DNA of 64,000 nucleotides from a virus. The position numbers and the translations under genes were made by a program. Shown in pieces: positions 21,201-28,069 of this stretch (positions within the stretch are counted from its first letter, which is position 1; each line of letters starts with the position of its first letter). The stretch lies in IMG/VR virus record IMGVR_UViG_3300027849_000009, one strand, 5' to 3'. The notes under the pieces are model-generated. The model was not told the DNA's origin and made no database searches. It saw only the letters and a program-made list of their open reading frames with translations.

Positions 21201-24200
21201 CCTCTTTTTACTCGTCCGGGGGTCAGTCGTATTTCGCTTGGACTCTGAGTCCTAGTGTAGGTATTTCATCCCCCATCTGGCGAGATAGTATGTCGATAAA
21301 TCCCTGGAATGTTGCTAGGATTCCAAATACAACAACACAGGTGAGTTATAACAACGGTACGTACACAGGACAATACTCTGGACAATATACTGGTGTTTAC
21401 ACTGGTGGATATACTGGTGGATATACCCGAGTTCAACAAACTGCTGTAATCGATAATGTCTCAGAAACAATTCAACAGTCATACACTGGATCATACACCG
21501 GTGGATATGTTCGTTCACAGAACCAAACTGACACAGACACATATACTGGTAACTACACAGGACAATATACTGGTGGTTATACTGGTGGTTATACTCGTGC
21601 GCAGAACGAAACATTCACCGCAGTTTTTGAAGGAACATATACTGGTGTTTACACTGGTGGTTATACTGGTGGTTATACTCGTGCGCAGAATCAAGGGTTC
21701 TCTGTTACATATACAGGATCATACTTAGGCAACTACACTGGACAATACTCTGGTGGTTATACTCGTGCGCAGAACGAAACATTCGGTGCAACATATACTG
21801 GTGACTACATTGGACAATACTCGGGACAATATTCTGGTGTATACACACGAGAGCAAGCAACGAACTATGCATCCGATTATCTAGGAACATTCATCGGTAA
21901 CTATACTGGTCAATACCTTGGATTATATGAACGAGCGCAGAATGAGCAGTTCACTAGAAACTATGATGGAACATATACTGGTGGTTATACTGGACAATAT
22001 GCGGGTCTATATGAACGTGCGCAGAACCAAGCATTCAGTGCCAACTATCTTGCAACATTCGAAGGATCTTTTGGCGCTAGTTACGCGGGACTATATGAAC
22101 GTGCGCAGAATGAGACATTTGCTGCCCAGTATGTCGGAACTTTCGGTGGAGATTATGTATCTCAGTACACTGGTGCTTATGCGCGTGTTCAAGATCAACA
22201 GTTCTCTGCTAACTATCTCGGAACATTCAATGCGAATTATGCTTCTCAGTACGAAGGATCATTTGCAGCGTTCTACAACACACAATATGCTTCTCAGTAC
22301 ATAGGAACATTTGAAGGCGACTATCTGTCACAGTACACTGGTGGATTTACTCAGAACTTTACGGGTCAATTCGGAGTCAACTACGAAGGAACATTTGACG
22401 GCAATTACACTTCACAGTACGAAGGTAATTTTGCACAATCTTTCACTGGTACTTACGCAACACAGTATACAGGAACATTCGACGGTAACTATGTATCGCA
22501 ATACTCGGGCGCATTTACACAAACTTACACAGGTGACTTTGCCGCTACTTATCTAGGAACATTCTTAGGAAACTATGCTAGTGCATATGAAGGCAACTTT
22601 GCTGCCAACTTCGGAGCGCAGTTTAGCGCACAGTATATTGGAACTTTCTCGGGTGATTACTTATCACAATACACCGGTGCGTTCGGAATAACATATTCAG
22701 GTAACTACACTTCAGATTACATCGACACTTACACGTCCGATTATGTTTCGCAGTACACTTCACAGTTCTCTGCTGTATACCAAGGCGACTTCGAAGGAGC
22801 ATATACAGATGATTATCTTGGCGAGTATGCTAGTCAATACGAAGGCAACTTTAGTGCAACATTCACTGGAACTTATAACGTAGATTACATCGACACTTAT
22901 GTTTCACAGTACTTGTCACAATACACTGGTGCATTCCAAGCACAGTTCATAGGAACATACGACTCACAGTATCTAGGAACTTTCATTGGTGACTATGGTT
23001 CGGCATACGAAAGCAACTTTACTGCTACCTTTGATGGAACATATGATTCAGCATATATCGACACTTATGCGGGTGATTATATCTCGGCATACACAGGTGC
23101 TTTCCAAGCAAACTTTGTCGGAACCTACGACACACAGTATCTAGGAACATTTGAAGGCGACTATGTGTCACAGTACACTGGCAACTTTGCCTCGTCATTT
23201 ACAGGCACTTATAACGTAGATTATATTGATACATATGCGGGCGATTATATCTCGGCATACACAGGTACTTTCCAAGCAAACTTTGTTGGAACATATGATG
23301 GTAACTTCACAGGAACTTATGGCACAGAATACACCACTGACTACGAAGGTGCATTCTTAGTTGACTATCTTGGTGATTACATATCTGATTATGTTCCTAC
23401 ATATGAAGGTCAATATACTACTCAGTATGAAGGCGATTATGCGTCTGTCTACGATGGCAATTACAACTCTGCTTACACGTCCACATATGACGGTAACTTT
23501 ACTCAGACATATGCGGGTAACTTTACTGATGTATATACTTCAGACACATATATTGGTGATTACATATCCCAGTATGCTAATAGTTACGCTGGTGGTTATG
23601 TTACTCAATACGAAGGTGACTTCCAGCAGAACTATATCGGTACTTACGGTACTTTATATGAATCACAATACTCTACTGATTTTATTACCAACTATGATTC
23701 AGGTTACGAGGGTGACTTCCAGCAGAACTATATCGGCACTTACGGTACTTTATATGTATCACAATACTCTGATGATTATATATCCGATTACGATTCTGGT
23801 TATGTTGGTGACGATTTAGAGCAATATGATGGCACTTACGCGACTACATATGCTGGCGACTTCATACAGGACTTTATCACCGACTATGATTCTCAATACG
23901 AAGGTGACTTCCAGCAGAACTATGCAGGCACTTACGGAACTGCATATTCTGGAGATTTCGTACAGGACTTTATCACCGACTATGATTCAAGTTATGAAGG
24001 TGACTTTCAGCAGAACTTTGAAGGCACCTACCAGACAGCATATGCTGGAGACTTCACTGCGGACTTTATTGCTCAGTACACAGCATCTTATGATGGCACT
24101 GTCTATGCTGGAACATATGACTCAGACTATCTCAATCAGTATGAATCAGACTTTACTGCACAATATACTGGCGAGTATGATGACATCGATTATGCAGGTA

Positions 24201-25756
24201 ATTATATCAGTGACTTCGAAATTGATTACACGGGTTTCTATACCTCAAATTACACAGGCGATTATCAAAGTAGTTATCTAGCAACATACGCAGGATTCTA
24301 CGAAACCTCATTCACCGCAACGTATGCAAGCGAATATACTTCTAACTATGATGATATCAATTATGCTGGCAACTATGTCAGTAACTATGTTGGTGATTTC
24401 ATTGGTGAATATACTTCAACTTATGAAACTGCTTATGATGATGTCAACTATGCCGGCAACTATATCAACGATTACGTTGGTGACTATAGTGGTGATTATG
24501 TAACAGATTACGCAGGTGATTATCAGAGTAATTATCTAGCAACGTATGCTGGATTCTATGAGACTACATATGCTACAACGTATGCAAGTGAATATGCTTC
24601 TAACTATGATGACCAAGATTATGCTGGTAACTATGCTAGTCTTTACATTGGTGACTTCATTGGACAATACACTTCAACTTATGAGACTGGATATGACGAT
24701 CAAGTTTATGTAGGTAATTATATCAGTGACTATGTTGGCGACTATAGTGGTGATTATGTAACAGATTACGTAGGAGATTATCAAAGTGATTATCTAGCAA
24801 CGTATGCAGGATTCTACGAGACAGAATACCTTACAACGTATGCAAGTGAATACACGTCCAACTACGATGATCAAGATTATGCTGGCAACTATGTTAGTCT
24901 TTACATTGGTGATTTCATTGGACAATACACTTCAACTTATGAAACTGCTTATGATGACATCAACTATGTGGGTAATTATATTAGCGACTATGTTGGTGAC
25001 TATAGCGGTGATTATGTAACAGATTACACTGGAGTTTACGAAGAGCAGAACTACCTTGGCAATTACGTATCAACTTATGATGATATTGAATATGAAGGTA
25101 ACTATGATTCAATCTACACTACAGATTATCTTGTTGACTTTGAGGGTAACTACTTAGGTGATTACAACACAATCTACGAAGGAACTTATGAGTCTTTATA
25201 TTCAGGTGATTTCTTACAAGGATTTGATGGAGTCTATGAGGGTGGTTTCGATTCTACTTACGCAGGTGATTACGGTACTACTTACGCAGGAGACTATGAG
25301 TCAAACTACACACTAACTTATGTTGGTGATTATCTTGGTGACTATACTCCATCGTACTCAACTCTATATGCTGGCAACTACACAGGCACTTATGACGGTT
25401 TAGCAGTAGATGAGTCGTACACTGTTGACTATATCGAGCAAAACTATGACACAGATTACTCAGTAGACTATCAAGAGGATGTCTATCTGGGCAACTATAT
25501 AGATACATTTGACGGCGCAGATGTTGAAGAGACTTATCTTTCCAATTATGACGATGTTGATTATTCTACTGACTATTCTTCTGACTACGATAATGTCGAT
25601 GCAATAGAGAACTATCAAGATGCTGATTACACAGGAACGTACACTCAAGACTATGCGATAGATTATCAAACATCTATATTATACGGTGTTGGCGGCAAGT
25701 TACTTGCTAATCCAGTACAAATTGAAACATACACATTATATGTAAGGGTAGCATAA
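15230..25756 (+). CDS. Giant (3508 aa) Tyr/Gly tetrad-repeat fibre-like protein with mirror-symmetric arms and central globular domain
   Basis: About 420-aa N-terminal domain, two arms of about 1450 aa of (Y/F)-x-(G/S/T)-x tetrads, a central unique domain of about 165 aa, and a short C-terminal strand 'IETYTLYVRVA'. Late promoter upstream. Confidence 0.85.
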   Translation: MSLPLKHLGTGALQELATLDIDYLAYQAGIHLGKMTNGDVSAITTNGNGATAVGSFTDTYFESSVGSTPGTSWTVNFTVEHRSNPGTGVHTAIFTAQNELPSPLYVGDTVYVIVNGDAVTGFEEIGHELAVSGDALFDNEGVSTTPTANSVDGTRVEWEDFSTVGGLSGSYQSSFEIKVTQVGLLNFTLTANSTDVQNTTKQTANTSIVFPTVEVEETLPPEATGVQTDLYQVTTASQPINTTSALKKNPLYWNRALTPNGVKEMNDAELDAFCEELVIRIMRDELPGTYRLSANSPGVDWVQFVPSVFNDTRGDGTVIPYSIWIRQAGIKPAVIRPVYAARNAQQGWAGLREHTDAEVEFTFGERVKKAVETTGIGKYQLRSATQGAPTDTGTWVARGSAIDTRLEYYYDTGYQALETYTSQYTEDYLGEYEATYAGNYEPTYTGEFTGDYLGTYEGNFVGNYTPTYDGDYLGDYTQNYIGDYNKEYTQNYLGDYVNQYVPTYDGTDYISDYENTYDADAVIEQYASDYESIDYVGNYISDYSTDYTSDYTNTYLSDYSGTEYIGNYVSDYLGGFQTEYLGNYISNYIDDVYIGNYITDYTSDYISNYLGSYDGDYLGDYGASYEGAYDNSYEGDFQATYAGDFTADYLGTYLTDYDSQYEGQFSENYAGDYISDYLGTYSSGYESDYETGYLTQYEGAYDESAYVGNFVASYDNAYEGDFQATYAGDFTADYIGTYLTDYDSQYEGQFAENYTGDYISDYLGTYASGYESDYTTDYLTQYEGAYDEVNYLGNFVSNYDNSYEGDFQATYAGDYISDYLGTYLNDYDSQYEGQFSDNYAGDYISDYLGTYASGYVSNYSTDYLTQYEGAYDESAYLGNFVADYVSDYEGSYTNLYAGDYISNYLGTYAGEYESAYATNFDAIYVGGFDTDYIATFDGEYENTYIGNYVSDYLNEFETTYTGDYGGLYTSTYAGNYSGNYISDYSNEFETEYTGDYGGQYTSTYAGNYSGNYISDYTNEFESTYVGNYSGEYVSTYAGNYEAQYSSDYANEFETTYTGDYGGLYTSTYSGNYITQYSSDYANEFETTYTGDYSGQYQTTYAGNYITQYSSEYQVPYTGVYTGDYISDYIGDYISPYDGTLYTSDYISTYQSAYGGQFESLYTGVFDGTTYSGNYASQYVGNYIGLYNTNYATVYQGTDYISTYEETYTGNYSGQYSSAYVSVYDDQAYATAYEETYVGDYSGTFGATFLGTYDSTNYTSTYVETYTGDYLGQYASAYVSVYDAQAYTASFDTTYSGQYVGSFTASFAGEYDRTNYTSTFETTYVGDYIGQFSQNFAASFDGIPYVGSFETNYVGNYIGQFTGQFSASFAGSDYTSIFTAQYTSQYTGQFSASFNASYNATTYVGDYISGYATSYSGAFSQTFIGEYDSQAYVTQFSATYTGNYVGQYVADFLGNYDRVNYTANFTANYTGNYTGAFGADFVGTYDRLQYTNEFESTYAGNYIGLFSQTYIGSYQRTNYLTQYEGIYTGDYSGAFSATFLGTYDRAAYAREYANSYTGNYSGQFTANYASSYDRTNYTTQFTGGYTGGVSETFGATFIGEYDRQGYISQYTGQYVGQIGESFGANYTGNYDRTNYTSSYTGQYVGQVAENENTTNQQSFDRGQYAAQYTGQYVGQIAENENTTNAQSYDRSNYNTQFTGNYTGGVTENITQSQNESFARGAYVSQYTGQYTGVVGQSTNETFTQNFNETGAYQIEYVGQYTGVVSQTQQTGESQEFQVNYTGNYTGQYTGVVSQTQQTAENETFTAGFVGDYTGQYTGAVQQAMTSTYTGGYTGVYSGSYTGGYTGVISQTQQTGISQAITQSQNQSFARNYSGNIYASTSSVTRASQSADSYNLTSRVGYYSGSYGSMSPTYWASGINETIIGVYKFNDLCIPPQGSFGGSGSDQFRVVFGSVLTSTQRAAFGSILLWYTGSSSLATSADRAGHRLYASSASFYSSGGQSYFAWTLSPSVGISSPIWRDSMSINPWNVARIPNTTTQVSYNNGTYTGQYSGQYTGVYTGGYTGGYTRVQQTAVIDNVSETIQQSYTGSYTGGYVRSQNQTDTDTYTGNYTGQYTGGYTGGYTRAQNETFTAVFEGTYTGVYTGGYTGGYTRAQNQGFSVTYTGSYLGNYTGQYSGGYTRAQNETFGATYTGDYIGQYSGQYSGVYTREQATNYASDYLGTFIGNYTGQYLGLYERAQNEQFTRNYDGTYTGGYTGQYAGLYERAQNQAFSANYLATFEGSFGASYAGLYERAQNETFAAQYVGTFGGDYVSQYTGAYARVQDQQFSANYLGTFNANYASQYEGSFAAFYNTQYASQYIGTFEGDYLSQYTGGFTQNFTGQFGVNYEGTFDGNYTSQYEGNFAQSFTGTYATQYTGTFDGNYVSQYSGAFTQTYTGDFAATYLGTFLGNYASAYEGNFAANFGAQFSAQYIGTFSGDYLSQYTGAFGITYSGNYTSDYIDTYTSDYVSQYTSQFSAVYQGDFEGAYTDDYLGEYASQYEGNFSATFTGTYNVDYIDTYVSQYLSQYTGAFQAQFIGTYDSQYLGTFIGDYGSAYESNFTATFDGTYDSAYIDTYAGDYISAYTGAFQANFVGTYDTQYLGTFEGDYVSQYTGNFASSFTGTYNVDYIDTYAGDYISAYTGTFQANFVGTYDGNFTGTYGTEYTTDYEGAFLVDYLGDYISDYVPTYEGQYTTQYEGDYASVYDGNYNSAYTSTYDGNFTQTYAGNFTDVYTSDTYIGDYISQYANSYAGGYVTQYEGDFQQNYIGTYGTLYESQYSTDFITNYDSGYEGDFQQNYIGTYGTLYVSQYSDDYISDYDSGYVGDDLEQYDGTYATTYAGDFIQDFITDYDSQYEGDFQQNYAGTYGTAYSGDFVQDFITDYDSSYEGDFQQNFEGTYQTAYAGDFTADFIAQYTASYDGTVYAGTYDSDYLNQYESDFTAQYTGEYDDIDYAGNYISDFEIDYTGFYTSNYTGDYQSSYLATYAGFYETSFTATYASEYTSNYDDINYAGNYVSNYVGDFIGEYTSTYETAYDDVNYAGNYINDYVGDYSGDYVTDYAGDYQSNYLATYAGFYETTYATTYASEYASNYDDQDYAGNYASLYIGDFIGQYTSTYETGYDDQVYVGNYISDYVGDYSGDYVTDYVGDYQSDYLATYAGFYETEYLTTYASEYTSNYDDQDYAGNYVSLYIGDFIGQYTSTYETAYDDINYVGNYISDYVGDYSGDYVTDYTGVYEEQNYLGNYVSTYDDIEYEGNYDSIYTTDYLVDFEGNYLGDYNTIYEGTYESLYSGDFLQGFDGVYEGGFDSTYAGDYGTTYAGDYESNYTLTYVGDYLGDYTPSYSTLYAGNYTGTYDGLAVDESYTVDYIEQNYDTDYSVDYQEDVYLGNYIDTFDGADVEETYLSNYDDVDYSTDYSSDYDNVDAIENYQDADYTGTYTQDYAIDYQTSILYGVGGKLLANPVQIETYTLYVRVA
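17126..17890 (+). repeat. 3 x 255-bp tandem repeat (85 aa, 21 aromatic tetrads), N-arm of giant protein
   Basis: Units start at 17126, 17381 and 17636 (YEGDFQATYAGD...). Confidence 0.9.
18095..18574 (+). repeat. 5 x 96-bp tandem repeat (32 aa, 8 tetrads), N-arm
   Basis: The Phe codons of 'NEF' fall at 18095, 18191, 18287, 18383 and 18479. Confidence 0.9.
23609..24088 (+). repeat. 5 x 96-bp tandem repeat (32 aa, 8 tetrads), C-arm
   Basis: Units (YEGDFQQN...) start at 23609, 23705, 23801, 23897 and 23993. Confidence 0.9.
24263..25036 (+). repeat. 3 x 258-bp tandem repeat (86 aa, 21 aromatic tetrads), C-arm
   Basis: Units (YQSxYLATYAGFYET...) start at 24263, 24521 and 24779. Confidence 0.9.
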
Positions 25757-26229
25757 TGACAGTGGAATTTTTAGACAATGGATTTTGGGAAAACGAAGAA
25801 AAGACAATACTTAAATGTATTCGCTTAACTCCTATTAAGGAGGGTGGTAGAAAGAAAGATGTTCTTGAACTACGTAAGATATTGCCGGACGGTTCTGAAT
25901 GTCCTCAGTTCAAGCAGTGTATTGCACAGCATGGTTTGGAAAAGATCGATGCTAATACACAGGTTCGTAAGGATACTAAAGAGAAAGAGGATCGCGAGAA
26001 ACGTGCTATACATGAGCAACGTAAAAAATCTCACGAACTTGAACAACTCTTTAATGCCAAACTACAAGCATTCGAAATAGATACGATCAAGAACTCAACA
26101 AATCGCGAGTTGCGTTCCAGACTACGTAGAGCAAAGAATGTTATTGAGATGAATGCATTGGCAGCATTAGTGATTGGAAGTGAACTTGGTTATTTTAAAA
26201 AGGTAGATGAAGATGAGCGAACCGACTAA
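25756..26229 (+). CDS. Hypothetical protein, possible fibre assembly chaperone
   Basis: Coupled to the giant gene by TAATG. Basic and helical. Function is inferred from position only. Confidence 0.6.
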   Translation: MTVEFLDNGFWENEEKTILKCIRLTPIKEGGRKKDVLELRKILPDGSECPQFKQCIAQHGLEKIDANTQVRKDTKEKEDREKRAIHEQRKKSHELEQLFNAKLQAFEIDTIKNSTNRELRSRLRRAKNVIEMNALAALVIGSELGYFKKVDEDERTD

Positions 26230-26971
26230 AGGTTATGTTATTGTAGCATCACGAAAGAAGTTTTTTTATGTCTCTGCCATTAACTTGATGGAGTCAATCA
26301 AAGATTATTATCCTGAAGCACAGATTACATTTGTAGTAGAAGAAAAGTTTCTTGACGGACAAGAAAGAATCGCAGACAATGTTATATTTTGCGATGATCA
26401 TGCAAGAGCAAAACTGATTGGTATGGCAAAGTCGCCGTATGATATTACGTTTTATGTTGATGCTGATATAGAATGCGAACACGAAGACATTGCAACTATC
26501 TTTGATAAACTAGATGGACATGATTTGATGTTTACTGGTTTACCTGCTGATAGACATTACTGCTATGCAGAAGTGTTCTTCGAAGGCGCAAGAAAACCAG
26601 ATGGCACTAAAGCAGGATTTGAATTGTGTGGTGGTGTTTGTTTGTATGATATGCGTAATCCTTTAGTTCGTTCATTCATGCAAGATTGGTATGACTTGAC
26701 TGTTGCACAATATGGTAAAGTGTGGTGGCCAACATTAGAAGATGGAGTCACCGAAGACTTAGAAAATTATCCTGCAACTCTGAAGAGATGGGATCAATTC
26801 TCATTGTGGTGGTTAGTCAACAAAGAACCTAAGTACAAAGATTTGAAAGTTGGTATACTAGAAGACGATGCTCGGTGGAACTTTTATTCCAAATATAAAT
26901 ATGAGCATAACAAGGATCCTGTCGTATTGAGACACTATTCTTCTTCTGGAGCAAAGCAACTGGATTTCTAA
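26207..26971 (+). CDS. GT-A fold glycosyltransferase (nucleotide-diphospho-sugar transferase / GT8-like)
   Basis: 'KGYVIVAS...AINLMESIK', 'AKLIGMAKSPYDITFYVDAD' (DxD motif), 'CGGVCLY', 'WDQFSLW', 'RWN...VLRHY'. The true start may be the second ATG at 26213. Confidence 0.8.
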   Translation: MKMSEPTKGYVIVASRKKFFYVSAINLMESIKDYYPEAQITFVVEEKFLDGQERIADNVIFCDDHARAKLIGMAKSPYDITFYVDADIECEHEDIATIFDKLDGHDLMFTGLPADRHYCYAEVFFEGARKPDGTKAGFELCGGVCLYDMRNPLVRSFMQDWYDLTVAQYGKVWWPTLEDGVTEDLENYPATLKRWDQFSLWWLVNKEPKYKDLKVGILEDDARWNFYSKYKYEHNKDPVVLRHYSSSGAKQLDF

Positions 26972-26973
26972 AT

Positions 26974-27648
26974 ATGATGAAAAATATACCACTGAATGAT
27001 TATGCGATCAATCTTTTAAATGAAGCACTATGGTTTACTAAGCAAGAGAACTATAGTGCTGTTATTCCTTCTAAGATAAATGACTTAGATAAAGCAGATT
27101 GGTTCACTGGTCAAGAATACTTTGAACAGATTAAGGGAGAGGGCAGAGGACACGATGGGTTCCCTGCTTTTGTTACTAGTTATTCATTCAATCAAGATTA
27201 TAGATTTGATCCTCATAATCCACACATTGATCGAAAGATAGCAGAAGTTGCGGATCATCATGGCAAGTTGATGACTAACATACAGACAGCATTCAATCTT
27301 AAAAAGAATGCACTGTTCTCTGTATATCCGCCTGGTGGTTATATCTCATGGCACAACAACGCAAATGCTTCGGCATATAATTTTATATTCACATACAGTG
27401 AAACAGGCGATGGTTGGTGGAAGCATTGGGATCCAGTCAATCAGAAGATGATTCACATTCCTGACGTTAAAGGGTGGCAGTGTAAAGCAGGACACTTCGG
27501 TGCATACGAAGATGGATCTGATAAACTAGTATATCATACAGCACGTAATGGTGAAAGCGGGATACGTATGACAATTGCGTTCGTATTAGATCGATCAGAG
27601 ATGTCTTTAGGTCTACAAGATTGGGTTATTGAAGATATACACGCTTAA
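26974..27648 (+). CDS. 2OG-Fe(II) oxygenase-like protein
   Basis: 'YPPGGYISWHNN...VYHTA...RMTIAF', the double-stranded beta-helix oxygenase pattern (H-x-N...H, distal R). Confidence 0.7.
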   Translation: MMKNIPLNDYAINLLNEALWFTKQENYSAVIPSKINDLDKADWFTGQEYFEQIKGEGRGHDGFPAFVTSYSFNQDYRFDPHNPHIDRKIAEVADHHGKLMTNIQTAFNLKKNALFSVYPPGGYISWHNNANASAYNFIFTYSETGDGWWKHWDPVNQKMIHIPDVKGWQCKAGHFGAYEDGSDKLVYHTARNGESGIRMTIAFVLDRSEMSLGLQDWVIEDIHA

Positions 27649-27653
27649 ACTCT

Positions 27654-27673
27654 TATAAATAAACCTATAAATA
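27654..27673 (+). promoter_or_regulatory. Tandem T4-type late promoters (TATAAATA x2)
   Basis: Exact motifs at 27654-27661 and 27666-27673. Confidence 0.8.
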
Positions 27674-27700
27674 TCTCAATAGTATAGCGGATAAAGACGA

Positions 27701-28060
27701 ATGGCACATTACGAAGTTCTAACAATTAATCAAGGCACAGATGTTTCTGTTGAACTGCATCTGGTTAATGTCGATAACTCAATAAAAGACTTGACAGGAC
27801 ATAGCATTACTGCTAAACTTGGTACTCACTATGATGCCAAAGATTCTGATAAGACTACCTTTGTTTCTTTAGTCGCAAGTCCAGCAACAGCAGGGATAGT
27901 AAATCTGTCTTTGACCAACGCTGTTACTGCCGCACTTAATCCTAAAAAGCGTTACGTTTATGATGTTGAAATATCCCATATTGATAGTGACACAAGTAAC
28001 ACTATCGTCGAACGGGTGATGGAAGGACTTATCACTATTACCCCTTCAGTAACAACATAA
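27701..28060 (+). CDS. Small Ig-like virion protein (BppU N-terminal-like)
   Basis: 'INQGTD...DLTG...GIVNLSLT...YVYDVEI...ERVMEGLITITP'. Confidence 0.75.
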   Translation: MAHYEVLTINQGTDVSVELHLVNVDNSIKDLTGHSITAKLGTHYDAKDSDKTTFVSLVASPATAGIVNLSLTNAVTAALNPKKRYVYDVEISHIDSDTSNTIVERVMEGLITITPSVTT

Positions 28061-28069
28061 AGGTTTATC

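Noticed and set aside
20850-21350. Diversity-generating retroelement target at the fibre tip
   Set aside because: No reverse transcriptase and no template/variable repeat pair seen in this window.
16347-25669. Many alternative-frame and antisense ORFs inside the giant repeat gene (e.g. 18324..18767, 23361..23819, 23826..24281)
   Set aside because: By-products of low-complexity TAT/ACT/GGT codon repeats. No RBS or recognisable motifs.
16490-25670. Repeat region as a CRISPR array or DNA-level inverted repeat
   Set aside because: Repeats are in-frame, degenerate at third positions and lack a repeat-spacer structure. The symmetry is in protein block order, not reverse-complement DNA.
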